A stretch of 64,000 nt of DNA from a virus (Duplodnaviria; Caudoviricetes): the IMG/VR virus record IMGVR_UViG_3300020177_000966, one strand, 5' to 3'. Shown in pieces: positions 18,783 to 27,953 of the stretch. The notes beneath the pieces are model-generated. The model was not told where the DNA came from and ran no database searches. It saw only the letters and a program-made list of their open reading frames with translations. Every line of letters begins with the position of its first letter. The first letter of the stretch is position 1. Both the position numbers and the translations under genes were made by a program.

Positions 18783-19121
18783 ATGAGACCTTTGTGTAAA
18801 TGTGGATACAGGCCGGCGGCCGTAAACTATAAAAAAGACGGTAAAACTTATTATAGGAAATCGTGTGATACTTGTTTACATCACGGACAGAAAAAATGGG
18901 GTATTCCTAAATGGTATCAGAACGGATATCGTCAAAAAGAGCAATGCGAAAAATGCGGATTCAAATCACTACATAAAGAACAATTTAATGTATACCATAT
19001 AGATGGTGATTTATCTAACACGTTGCACAGTAACTTAAAAACAATATGTGCTAACTGTCAGAGGGTACTACAGAAGCAAGGCGTAAGGTGGAAGCAAGGC
19101 GACCTTGTACCTGACTTTTAA
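18783..19121 (+). CDS. Zn-finger/HNH-like protein
   Basis: CKCG, CDTC, CEKC, then HIDGDLSNTLHSNLKTICANCQ. Start placed at ATG 18783, after TAAATA(18772-18777)-N5; the ORF track starts at 18768. Confidence 0.7.
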   Translation: MRPLCKCGYRPAAVNYKKDGKTYYRKSCDTCLHHGQKKWGIPKWYQNGYRQKEQCEKCGFKSLHKEQFNVYHIDGDLSNTLHSNLKTICANCQRVLQKQGVRWKQGDLVPDF

Positions 19122-19677
19122 GATCGTCAAGAGTACCTTCGTTATAGATATTAAAATCAAATGGAACTTTGGCCCAAGCCCATTCTGACATATGTACGTC
19201 TGTTGGTTGTATATCTAAATCAATGTATTGTCTAAACCATAAAGGATCAGGTCCACGTTTTACACACCAAACATTTCCGCCAAGCTCTTTGATCATACTT
19301 GCTTCGTTTTCAAAACGACAGTCTGGTACTACAAAATTAGTTTTAGGATTATCTAATACTGTTTTTTTAAAAAAACTAACCCAAACTCCGTCATAGAATC
19401 CATTTCTCATACAATCTGTGCCAAATTCTTGTAGTACTAATCTAGGTGTAATTGTGCGGCCAGTTTCTTTTGACCAGAAATTATCCGGTTGTTCTCGCCA
19501 ATATCTGCTTTCAGCAGTGTCGCCTTCAAGCATGTCTCTATCCCAATCAAACAAAAGTGATACAGCATCTTTAAGTTTATCTGCGAAACTAATCTTTTGG
19601 AAATTGTGTTCTTCTACAAGAATATCAGCAACGGTACCTTTACCACTACCAATTAATCCACAAATACCTATAATCAT
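19051..19677 (-). CDS. gp1: Deoxynucleoside monophosphate kinase (T4 gp1-like)
   Basis: IIGICGLIGSGKGT P-loop, SFADKLK, TPRLVLQEFGT, VPDCRFENE, HMSE. Confidence 0.9.
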   Translation of the reverse strand: MIIGICGLIGSGKGTVADILVEEHNFQKISFADKLKDAVSLLFDWDRDMLEGDTAESRYWREQPDNFWSKETGRTITPRLVLQEFGTDCMRNGFYDGVWVSFFKKTVLDNPKTNFVVPDCRFENEASMIKELGGNVWCVKRGPDPLWFRQYIDLDIQPTDVHMSEWAWAKVPFDFNIYNEGTLDDLKSQVQGRLASTLRLASVVPSDS

Positions 19678-19702
19678 GACGAATCCTTACAAATTTACAT
19701 AT

Positions 19703-19731
19703 ATTATACATAATAATTTATAAAGTGTCAA
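19703..19731 (-). promoter_or_regulatory. Perfect-consensus sigma70 promoter for the dNMP kinase
   Basis: Minus strand TTGACA-N17-TATAAT (-35 at 19731-19726, -10 at 19708-19703). Confidence 0.9.
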
Positions 19732-19739
19732 CCTTTATG

Positions 19740-20501
19740 TTAGCCGATTGTGAATCCGTATCCTGTGCCGCCTGGTACAGCCATTGCTACATCGTTTTCT
19801 AACTTTTCTAACTCGGCAGCGGCTTCTGCTTTAAGGGCATCACCATTAAGACTACTACCACCTTGTGGTCCTGCAATGGTAGCAAATTTACTACGTGCTT
19901 CGCCTAGCATATATTTGCATTTTGCAAGTGTGTAATCTTTAATCCACTGGCTTGCTAGATAGTCGTCTAGCAGTTCAAAGTCGGGTCTATAGTTATACAC
20001 ATATAGTAGTAACTCTTCTTCTGCTCTTGATCGTTGTAGAATTGTAAGTTTTTTGTTAGATCTATTCCATTTAAATTCAATGAATGATCCAAACATGCGT
20101 CCTACTAGTTCTTGGTATCCTGCAAACATTGCATACGTAGCAAGACCGCCCATATTAGAAGAACTTAGCAAATAGGTATTTGTGTAAGCCATATTGAATG
20201 GTTCGAACAATGTTCCGCCATCGCCACCGCCTGTTCTTGACCCTATTGATCTGCGGAAAATTTGTCTAACTTCCATAACTTCGTCTGGTAATATATAATC
20301 ATTTTGATCAATAACTGTTGGCAAGAAAAAATACGATTCTTCAACACTGTTATCAGAACGCTGTCTAAATTTTGCAAGTGCTGTATTTAATGCTGTTTCG
20401 TAGTGATCCGGATCTAATTCAACGTCAATCATGCCGCCGCCTAGATTAAGTTCTACATACTTGTAAACTTCTTGTCTTTTTGTGTTAATATTATTAGCCA
20501 T
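19740..20501 (-). CDS. gp13: Neck protein (T4 gp13-like head-tail adaptor)
   Basis: LGGGMIDVELDPDHY...AL..F; WIKDYTLAKCK..LGEARSKF...GG..LNG..LK.EA..E...LE. Confidence 0.8.
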   Translation of the reverse strand: MANNINTKRQEVYKYVELNLGGGMIDVELDPDHYETALNTALAKFRQRSDNSVEESYFFLPTVIDQNDYILPDEVMEVRQIFRRSIGSRTGGGDGGTLFEPFNMAYTNTYLLSSSNMGGLATYAMFAGYQELVGRMFGSFIEFKWNRSNKKLTILQRSRAEEELLLYVYNYRPDFELLDDYLASQWIKDYTLAKCKYMLGEARSKFATIAGPQGGSSLNGDALKAEAAAELEKLENDVAMAVPGGTGYGFTIG

Positions 20502-20522
20502 GTTCTTTCATCTCCGCTATAC

Positions 20523-20542
20523 TATTTATGCAACGATAAATA
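20523..20542. promoter_or_regulatory. Back-to-back late promoter cores for the divergent gp13 and gp14/15 genes
   Basis: TAAATA on the minus strand at 20523-20528 and on the plus strand at 20537-20542. Confidence 0.6.
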
Positions 20543-20550
20543 ACATTACT

Positions 20551-21714
20551 ATGCCAAGACTCAGTTTATATAAACCCGAAAGAGGGAAAGATTACGATTT
20601 CTTAGATAAGACTATAACAGAGATGTTTACTGTCGGAGGTACCGACGTATTTGTTCACAAATACTTAGGTCCTAAGAACCCAGAGGAAGTAGATGCAACT
20701 GCTGATCAACCTCGTTATGATGCTGTTAAAGAAACTAACATACAAGATATGTTGTTTATGGAAAACAGAGATAGAAAATACGATCCAAACATTTATACTA
20801 TGAGAGGAATCTACAACGTAAGTGATGTAGATTTTGACATGAGTCAATTTGGATTGTTCTTACAAAACGATATTGTTTTTATGACAATACCTATTAATTA
20901 CAGTGTTAAGGCACTGGGTCGAAAAATTATGGCAGGAGATGTAATTGAATTGCCGCATCTAAAAGACGAATTTGCATTAAATGATTATAGTGTAGCATTA
21001 AAAAGATTTTATGTTGTAGAAGATGTTAATCGTGCAAGCGAAGGATTTAGTCCTACTTGGTATCCGCATTTGTATCGTGTTAAAATGAAACAGATTATGG
21101 ATAGTCAAGAGTTTAAAGAAATTCTTGACTTGCCAACTGAAGAAGGTAGTTCACAAACATTACGTGATGTATTATCAACTTACGAAAAAGAAATGCAAAT
21201 TAATAATGCAATTATTTCGCAAGCTGAAGCAGATGCAGATATGTCAGGTTATGATACTACAAGTTTCTTTACATTACAAGTTGATGAAAATAATATTCCA
21301 GAAGTAGTTAGAGCTGATCAAAATGACATTGATGCTAGTATTGCTAGTGGAAATTTAGATGCAAGTAGAGTTAATCAAACACCTGATAGAAATGGATATC
21401 AGGGATATTTGATTGGAGACGGAATTGCACCCAATGGTGAAGCATTTGGTAGCGGAATCAGTTTCCCTACAACTAGTGTTGAAGGCGACTATTTCTTAAG
21501 AGTTGATATGTTTCCAAATAGATTGTTTAGATACAATGGATCAATGTGGGTTAAAATGGAAGATAAAGTACGTATGACGCTGAGTAATACTGATACTAAG
21601 AAAACACAAAAAGGTAGCTTTATTAATAACACTAATACTGATACTATTGGCGGCGAAGAGACTGTTGAAAGACAAAGTATTTCGAAAGCACTTAGACCAA
21701 AGGCGGATAATTAA
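20551..21714 (+). CDS. Neck/head-closure protein (T4 gp14-like) with C-terminal extension
   Basis: QDMLFMENRDRKYD, SQFGLFL, GDVIELPHL, YVVEDV, WYPHLYRVK. Start placed at ATG 20551 (MPRLSLY); the ORF track starts at 20482. Confidence 0.7.
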   Translation: MPRLSLYKPERGKDYDFLDKTITEMFTVGGTDVFVHKYLGPKNPEEVDATADQPRYDAVKETNIQDMLFMENRDRKYDPNIYTMRGIYNVSDVDFDMSQFGLFLQNDIVFMTIPINYSVKALGRKIMAGDVIELPHLKDEFALNDYSVALKRFYVVEDVNRASEGFSPTWYPHLYRVKMKQIMDSQEFKEILDLPTEEGSSQTLRDVLSTYEKEMQINNAIISQAEADADMSGYDTTSFFTLQVDENNIPEVVRADQNDIDASIASGNLDASRVNQTPDRNGYQGYLIGDGIAPNGEAFGSGISFPTTSVEGDYFLRVDMFPNRLFRYNGSMWVKMEDKVRMTLSNTDTKKTQKGSFINNTNTDTIGGEETVERQSISKALRPKADN

Positions 21715-23249
21715 TGCAACATTTCTATGATGGTCAAATAAGAAGATATGTTACACAATTAGTAAGGTTGTTTAGTAACTTTTCGTATAAAGACGGCGAC
21801 GGTAAAATAGTACAAGTACCTGTTTTATATGGAGATATTACACGTCAAGTAGGACATATTCTTAGAGACAATTCCGAAAATAAAGTTCCGAGTGCACCTC
21901 GTATTGGTGTATATATTACTGGACTTGAACAAGACAGATCAAGGACAGCTGATTCTACATATACTAATAAAGTTAATATTCGTGAACGTGCTTATGATGT
22001 CGAAAATAAAGAGTACTTAAACACTCAAGGAAAAAATTATACAGTCGAACGTATTATGCCAAGTCCATATACACTTAACATAAATGTAGATATATGGTCA
22101 ACTAATACAGATCAAAAATTACAAATACTTGAACAGATATTAATGCTGTTTAATCCTAGTTTAGAAATACAAACTACAGACAACTATATTGACTGGAGTA
22201 GTTTAACTAGTGTTGAACTTACATCTATGAGTTTTAGTAGTAGATCAATTCCAATTGGTACAGAAAGTGATATTGATGTAGCGCAATTAGGATTTACAAC
22301 ACCTATCTATATTAATATGCCAGTTAAAGTTAAAAAGCTCGGTGTTATTACTGATGTCGTAATGAGTATATTTGACGAATCAAGAGGAAGTATTTCGTTA
22401 GGTACATCACAACCAGAATTACTTGCATGGACTGATACAAATCGTCCTGCAATGAGAGGTACAGATCCTAATAACTTTACCCCGGCTGGCAATGGTCCGT
22501 TTGATACTAGCAGTCTTACAGGAAACGTAATGGCATCTAGTTGGGGTAGTTTTGATATGCAAGTACTCAACGGAATTGCACAACTAATATATAAAGGTAG
22601 ACTTGGTGGAGTATCTTGGCCTAAATTCTTAGAAGGAGCTCCAGAAGGACCTGGCTTTCAAAACGGACTTACACAATTACAAGTACAACGAGTTACAATC
22701 GAAGGAGAATCAGTTACTAATAGCGTAAATGGTGTTGTCACATTAAACTCTCTTGATGATACACAATTATTAGTGCAATGGGACCCAGACACTATACCTA
22801 CAAATACTGATTTTCCAACTGTTAGCGGAAGAAACAATACTGGAAGTGTAGATTTAATTATCGATCCTGAAAAATATAATCCAGATGTAGATCCAACAGA
22901 TGCTGGAGCAAGAGTACTATTACTTGGCAATCTAAATAACAGTGAAAATGTTGGCGGATTAATGACATTTGGCCAAGATCCAAATGACGGAAGTAGTAGA
23001 GACCCGTATGATGGTCCAGATGCTTGGAAAAATGCAGACGGTACAGATTTTGTAGCAAACGAAAACGACATTGTAGAATGGGATGGATATCAATGGCATA
23101 TCGTATTTGATGCTAGTGCAGACCCAGGTACAACTACAAAGTATGTTACTAATCTTAACACTGGAATTCAGTACAGATGGACCGGATCTGATTGGATTTT
23201 ATCGTTCGAAGGATTATACCGAAAAGGAACATGGCGACTAGCATTCTAA
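21714..23249 (+). CDS. Tail sheath stabiliser/terminator (T4 gp15-like) with C-terminal extension
   Basis: HFYDGQIRRYVTQLVRLFS, VPVLYG, PSPYTL, QILEQILMLFNPSL; coupled to the gp14-like gene (TAATG). Confidence 0.8.
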   Translation: MQHFYDGQIRRYVTQLVRLFSNFSYKDGDGKIVQVPVLYGDITRQVGHILRDNSENKVPSAPRIGVYITGLEQDRSRTADSTYTNKVNIRERAYDVENKEYLNTQGKNYTVERIMPSPYTLNINVDIWSTNTDQKLQILEQILMLFNPSLEIQTTDNYIDWSSLTSVELTSMSFSSRSIPIGTESDIDVAQLGFTTPIYINMPVKVKKLGVITDVVMSIFDESRGSISLGTSQPELLAWTDTNRPAMRGTDPNNFTPAGNGPFDTSSLTGNVMASSWGSFDMQVLNGIAQLIYKGRLGGVSWPKFLEGAPEGPGFQNGLTQLQVQRVTIEGESVTNSVNGVVTLNSLDDTQLLVQWDPDTIPTNTDFPTVSGRNNTGSVDLIIDPEKYNPDVDPTDAGARVLLLGNLNNSENVGGLMTFGQDPNDGSSRDPYDGPDAWKNADGTDFVANENDIVEWDGYQWHIVFDASADPGTTTKYVTNLNTGIQYRWTGSDWILSFEGLYRKGTWRLAF

Positions 23250-23251
23250 GA

Positions 23252-23257
23252 TAACTA
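23252..23257 (+). promoter_or_regulatory. Variant late promoter core (GATAACTA) 5 nt before the NUDIX ATG
   Basis: TAACTA-GTTAT-ATG(23263); same geometry as four other sites; no SD. Confidence 0.5.
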
Positions 23258-23262
23258 GTTAT

Positions 23263-23712
23263 ATGAACCATGAGATAATTTGTAGCGGAGCATTAATTTA
23301 TTCGCTAAGTACGAAACGATTCTTATTATTACACCGCACACAAAGCAAACAAAAAAATGTTTGGGGACTTGTTGGCGGCACTAACGGTAAGGATGAACTC
23401 CCTTGGCCTGCTTTGCAACGAGAAATTCACGAAGAAGTAGGTGGATTACCTAATATAATCAAAACTATTCCCCTTGAAACATTTGTTAGTACTGACGAAA
23501 AATTTAGCTTTCATACGTATCTAGTAGTTATAAAAGAAGAATTTTTACCTGTACTTAATGCCGAACACGATGGATATGCATGGGTTAGTTTTGGAAAGTG
23601 GCCTATGCCTTTACATATGGGATTACGTAGCACTTTGCAAAATAAATCAAATCAAACAAAATTAAAAACAGTTTTTGATTTAATAGGATTTTTAGAAAAT
23701 GAAGAAAATTAA
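23263..23712 (+). CDS. NUDIX hydrolase
   Basis: Exact NUDIX box G-TNGKD-E-LPWPALQ-REIHEEVG; also LNAEHDGYAWV. Confidence 0.9.
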   Translation: MNHEIICSGALIYSLSTKRFLLLHRTQSKQKNVWGLVGGTNGKDELPWPALQREIHEEVGGLPNIIKTIPLETFVSTDEKFSFHTYLVVIKEEFLPVLNAEHDGYAWVSFGKWPMPLHMGLRSTLQNKSNQTKLKTVFDLIGFLENEEN

Positions 23713-25210
23713 AAACATTACTATAGTAGGTGGTGGATCAGCGGCATGGCTTGCGGCTACTTATATTCAAAATAACTTTTGGGATTTACCTGTTACAGTA
23801 ATTGACAAAGAAGTAGGTAATCCTATTGGCGTTGGTGAAGCAACCGTTTTAACTTTTCCGCATTTTTTAAGAAAGTGCGGAATTAATCTACCCCAATGGT
23901 TTGCTAATATTGATGCAACTTATAAATCAGGAATTGAATTTCCTGGATGGCGGAAGCCAGAAAACAATGTGTGGCATCCTTTTTACTTGAATAGAAGTTA
24001 TTTCACTCAAGGATGTACAGCGTATGATCTTTGGGCGCAACACCAAAATTTAGATTTCAAAACTACATCTGTACCTACATACGAAGTTAACATGATGAAT
24101 AAATTAGATATGTGGGGAGCATTTGAAACCTTAGCGTATCATATTGATGCAGGTAAATTAGTAACTGAATTACAAAGAATTTGTCAAAATAATGTAACTG
24201 TAATTAAAAGTGATGTTGTTAAAGTAAACAAAGACGGAAATAATGTAACCAGCGTAGAACTTAAAAATGGTGTTGTTCATCATAGTGATTTTTTTATTGA
24301 TTGTACAGGATTTGCAAGTATACTTAAAGAAGCAGACAGGGTAGAACTGCTAGGTGAAGGTAGATTGTTTACTAATGCCGCTGTTGCTGGACACATTCCA
24401 TATGATGATTTTGAAAAAGAATGTGTACCATATGTAAAATGTCCTGCTGTTGATCATGGATGGATTTGGAAAATTCCAGTACAATCACGTATTGGTTCAG
24501 GACTAGTATTTAACAAGGATATTACAGACGTAGAAGAGGCAAAACGCTATTTCTGTGAGCATTGGAATAATCGAATCAAACCAGAAGATTTAAAATTAAT
24601 TGATTGGGTACCTTACTACAGTAAAAACTTTTGGGAGGGCAACGTTGTTTCGATTGGATTAAGTGGTGGATTTATCGAACCGCTAGAATCAACTGGACTT
24701 GCTAGTATGACTACGGGTGTTGAGAAACTAATGGATATGATCCCTCAATACGCTTATAATGATACTAATATAGAAACCTACAATAGAGAAATGGAAGTTT
24801 GGTATAATGACGCTGTTGATTTTGTAAACAGTCATTATGCTGACACAGAATGGGATACGCCATTCTGGAATTATGTAAAAGAAACACATGTAAAATCAGA
24901 AAAACATCTATGGTATGAGGATTGGTTAAAAGATCCACAACGTAAATTTTACACTCCTGTCCAATCAAGAACATTATTCCATCCGCCTAATTGGCACTTA
25001 TGGTTAATACAAATGGGTTATCCTGTAAACGTAGATTTAAACTATATGCCACCACAGGAGATTGATTTTTTGTTACATGATTTTCAAAAAGCAGAAGAGA
25101 TTAGAATGCACACTAGTTTAAAGCATACAGATGCTATCAAATCAACTAACTTAGGACTAGATTGGTTTCAGTTAGCCCAGGCTAGGGGCGATAGAGGATC
25201 GCTGGTATGA
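23699..25210 (+). CDS. Flavin-dependent halogenase (tryptophan halogenase family) 1
   Basis: GGGSAAW, IGVGEAT, DATYKSGI (catalytic Lys), AYHIDA, FIDCTGF, GWIWKIP (WxWxIP), FIEPLESTG. Confidence 0.9.
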   Translation: MKKIKNITIVGGGSAAWLAATYIQNNFWDLPVTVIDKEVGNPIGVGEATVLTFPHFLRKCGINLPQWFANIDATYKSGIEFPGWRKPENNVWHPFYLNRSYFTQGCTAYDLWAQHQNLDFKTTSVPTYEVNMMNKLDMWGAFETLAYHIDAGKLVTELQRICQNNVTVIKSDVVKVNKDGNNVTSVELKNGVVHHSDFFIDCTGFASILKEADRVELLGEGRLFTNAAVAGHIPYDDFEKECVPYVKCPAVDHGWIWKIPVQSRIGSGLVFNKDITDVEEAKRYFCEHWNNRIKPEDLKLIDWVPYYSKNFWEGNVVSIGLSGGFIEPLESTGLASMTTGVEKLMDMIPQYAYNDTNIETYNREMEVWYNDAVDFVNSHYADTEWDTPFWNYVKETHVKSEKHLWYEDWLKDPQRKFYTPVQSRTLFHPPNWHLWLIQMGYPVNVDLNYMPPQEIDFLLHDFQKAEEIRMHTSLKHTDAIKSTNLGLDWFQLAQARGDRGSLV

Positions 25211-26682
25211 AAATAGTTATTGTCGGTGGAGGCACTGCCGGCTGGCTAGCCGCGCTAATGATTTCAAAAATACGTTCTGAACATAAAGTTACTGTAATTG
25301 AAAGCTCTAAGATAGGTATTATCGGTGCTGGTGAAGGATCAACTGGATCACTAACTAACATTGTACAAAATGAGATGTGGGATCTTGGATGTAATGAACA
25401 AGATTTTATTAAAGAATGTGATGCTACTATTAAACTAGGTATTAAACATATTGGGTGGAACAAAGATCCTAGTAAGTTTTACATAGGTCCAATTGACGGT
25501 AGCCCAACATCAAATGATCGGTCTGATCTTATTTTTCAGCATGCACTAGGTTACCGAGATAATAACTTATTACATATTTCAACAGAATTAGGTTATAAAA
25601 TACATCATAATAAAAACAGTTTTGTAGAGCCAGCAGGAAATCACGCTTATCATTTTGATGCTCACAAAGTAGGACAATACTTTAAAAAGATTAGTAATGC
25701 TGAACATATTGACAGTGAAGTAAATGATGTTATACTTAACAGTGAGTCAGGATACATTGAAAAACTAAATTTATCTAATGGTCAATCTGTAATTGGAGAT
25801 ATGTTTATTGATGCTAGTGGATTTAATCAAGTGCTAATGAAAGCAGTAGGTGGAAAATGGAAAAGTTATAAAGAAAACTTGCCTGTAAATAGTGCCTTAC
25901 CATTTTTATTACCGTATGAAGATGATGAAATTATTGAACCTGTTACTAATGCATGGGCGCAGAACAATGGATGGTGTTGGCAGATTCCGACAAAGAATCG
26001 GAGAGGATGCGGATATGTATTTTGTGATGACTTTGTTACCCCTGATCAAGCACATGCTGAACTAGAGCAAACAATTGGACGCAAAGTTGATCCAATTAGA
26101 TTATTAAAGTTTGATAGTGGCCGTCAAGAAAAGTTGTGGATTAAAAACGTATTGTCAATTGGCTTGTGTGCGGCGTTTGCTGAACCGTTAGAAGCAACTA
26201 GTATTCATACAACTATTTTCCAATTAAAACATTTTATATTTGGTTGTTTAGGATCACATGTCCAAGAAACATGTAATGATGCACAAGTAGAAAACTACAA
26301 TAAAGTTAATGGACACTTGTACGATACAATGAAAGATTTTCTTGTAGCACATTATACCTGCGGCAGAAATGATACAGAATTTTGGAAACATATTGATAGC
26401 GGTGCAACAAAAACTGATTTTGTAAACTCCATTCACGAAATATGCAAACACAGAGTTCCTAATGCTACACTATTTCCAAGACAAGAAGGAAGTGCCGGAT
26501 GGCCACTATGGAGTTTTGTTTTAACTGGTACTGGCGCATTAACAGATATAGTTGCACGTAAAGAATTGAACTATAATAATGATGTAGTGTTAAGTGATAG
26601 TGCATATCTATACCATGTTCAACAACATCATATGAAGTCAGAAAATTTACCCGATAACACAAAATATATAAGAGGAATGTAA
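25207..26682 (+). CDS. Flavin-dependent halogenase (tryptophan halogenase family) 2
   Basis: GGGTAGW, IGAGEGS, DATIKLGI, AYHFDA, FIDASGF, GWCWQIP, FAEPLEATS. Confidence 0.9.
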   Translation: MKIVIVGGGTAGWLAALMISKIRSEHKVTVIESSKIGIIGAGEGSTGSLTNIVQNEMWDLGCNEQDFIKECDATIKLGIKHIGWNKDPSKFYIGPIDGSPTSNDRSDLIFQHALGYRDNNLLHISTELGYKIHHNKNSFVEPAGNHAYHFDAHKVGQYFKKISNAEHIDSEVNDVILNSESGYIEKLNLSNGQSVIGDMFIDASGFNQVLMKAVGGKWKSYKENLPVNSALPFLLPYEDDEIIEPVTNAWAQNNGWCWQIPTKNRRGCGYVFCDDFVTPDQAHAELEQTIGRKVDPIRLLKFDSGRQEKLWIKNVLSIGLCAAFAEPLEATSIHTTIFQLKHFIFGCLGSHVQETCNDAQVENYNKVNGHLYDTMKDFLVAHYTCGRNDTEFWKHIDSGATKTDFVNSIHEICKHRVPNATLFPRQEGSAGWPLWSFVLTGTGALTDIVARKELNYNNDVVLSDSAYLYHVQQHHMKSENLPDNTKYIRGM

Positions 26683-27953
26683 TGATCAAAGTTTATGGCG
26701 ATGTAATGTTAGATCGATGGATTATCGGAGAAGCATCTAGGATTAGTCCGGAAGCACCTGTACCAGTATTGCTCGAAACACATCAAGAATTAAAACCAGG
26801 AGGCGCTGGCAATGTTGCATTAAATATTTCTAGTTTAGTTGGTGAAATTAGTTTATACGGTGCCATATCTACAGATAAAGAAGGATATCAGCTCGTCGAA
26901 TGTTTTGATAAAAATACAAATATTGATTTTAATGTAGTAATGGATGCAAATGTAACCACTAGTAAAAATAGAGTAGTAGGACAAAATGGACAACAGATAG
27001 TACGATGGGACAGAGAAGAAAAATATTCTAATAATACTGCATTTGAAAAATTATTAAAAGAAATTAATAAAGACGATGTTGTTGTAATAAGCGATTATGA
27101 TAAAGGTGTAATTAGAAAAAATACTGTACAAACCTTAGTATCTAAAGGATGTAAAGTAATTGTTGATCCTAAACAATCACCTGATTTTTATGATGGTGCA
27201 TTTTTAGTAAAACCTAATATGAAAGAATATACTGAATGGTTTGGTGAATTTAAAAAAGAATTAGCTATTGTACATCTTAAAAATCATAACTGGAAATATC
27301 TCGTAGTCACAGACGGTGCAAACGGAATGCATGTACTATGTAACGATTTAACCTACAGGCATTTTAAAGAACCTGTTAAAGAAGTTGCTGATGTTACTGG
27401 TGCTGGTGATACTGCATTGGCAGTAATTGCATATGGAATTAACGAAGGTATGGATATTTTTAAAGCATGCGAACTTGCATGCTATGCAAGTGCAAGATCT
27501 GTTGAACATCGTGGAGTGCATGTTGTAACAATGCGTGATATTAAAAGAAAAGTAATATTTACAAATGGAGTGTTTGATGTACTACACGCCGGACACTTAG
27601 AATTGTTAAAATATGCAAAAAGTAGAGGTGATAAATTAGTAGTTGGTGTTAATAGTGATGCTAGTGTTCAAAGATTAAAAGGTTCTAATAGACCAATTAA
27701 CGATATTGCTACACGTATTGAACAACTTGAAGTGCTTCCTTGGGTAGATGAAGTAAAGGTATTTACAGAAGATACCCCAGAAAATTTGCTCAAAATAGTC
27801 AATCCAGACTTGATTATTAAGGGCGGAGACTATATAATAGAGACTGTAGTTGGTCATCAAGATTATAATGTAGAAATTTTTCCTACAGTTAAAGGAAAGT
27901 CAACCACAAATATAGTAGAGAGAATACATGAAAATTTTAGTAACAGGACATAA
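26682..27953 (+). CDS. hldE: Bifunctional heptose-7-phosphate kinase / heptose-1-phosphate nucleotidyltransferase
   Basis: GDVMLD...RISPEAPVPV, GGAGNVA, DVTGAGDT (PfkB kinase); TNGVFDVLHAGH, VGVNSDASV.RLKG..RP, KGGDY, GKSTT. Confidence 0.92.
   Translation: MIKVYGDVMLDRWIIGEASRISPEAPVPVLLETHQELKPGGAGNVALNISSLVGEISLYGAISTDKEGYQLVECFDKNTNIDFNVVMDANVTTSKNRVVGQNGQQIVRWDREEKYSNNTAFEKLLKEINKDDVVVISDYDKGVIRKNTVQTLVSKGCKVIVDPKQSPDFYDGAFLVKPNMKEYTEWFGEFKKELAIVHLKNHNWKYLVVTDGANGMHVLCNDLTYRHFKEPVKEVADVTGAGDTALAVIAYGINEGMDIFKACELACYASARSVEHRGVHVVTMRDIKRKVIFTNGVFDVLHAGHLELLKYAKSRGDKLVVGVNSDASVQRLKGSNRPINDIATRIEQLEVLPWVDEVKVFTEDTPENLLKIVNPDLIIKGGDYIIETVVGHQDYNVEIFPTVKGKSTTNIVERIHENFSNRT

Noticed and set aside
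18783-19121. Mobile homing endonuclease
   Set aside because: Very short, the last His is replaced by Gln, and it is integrated into late-promoter control; kept as a CDS and minor finding, not called a mobile element.
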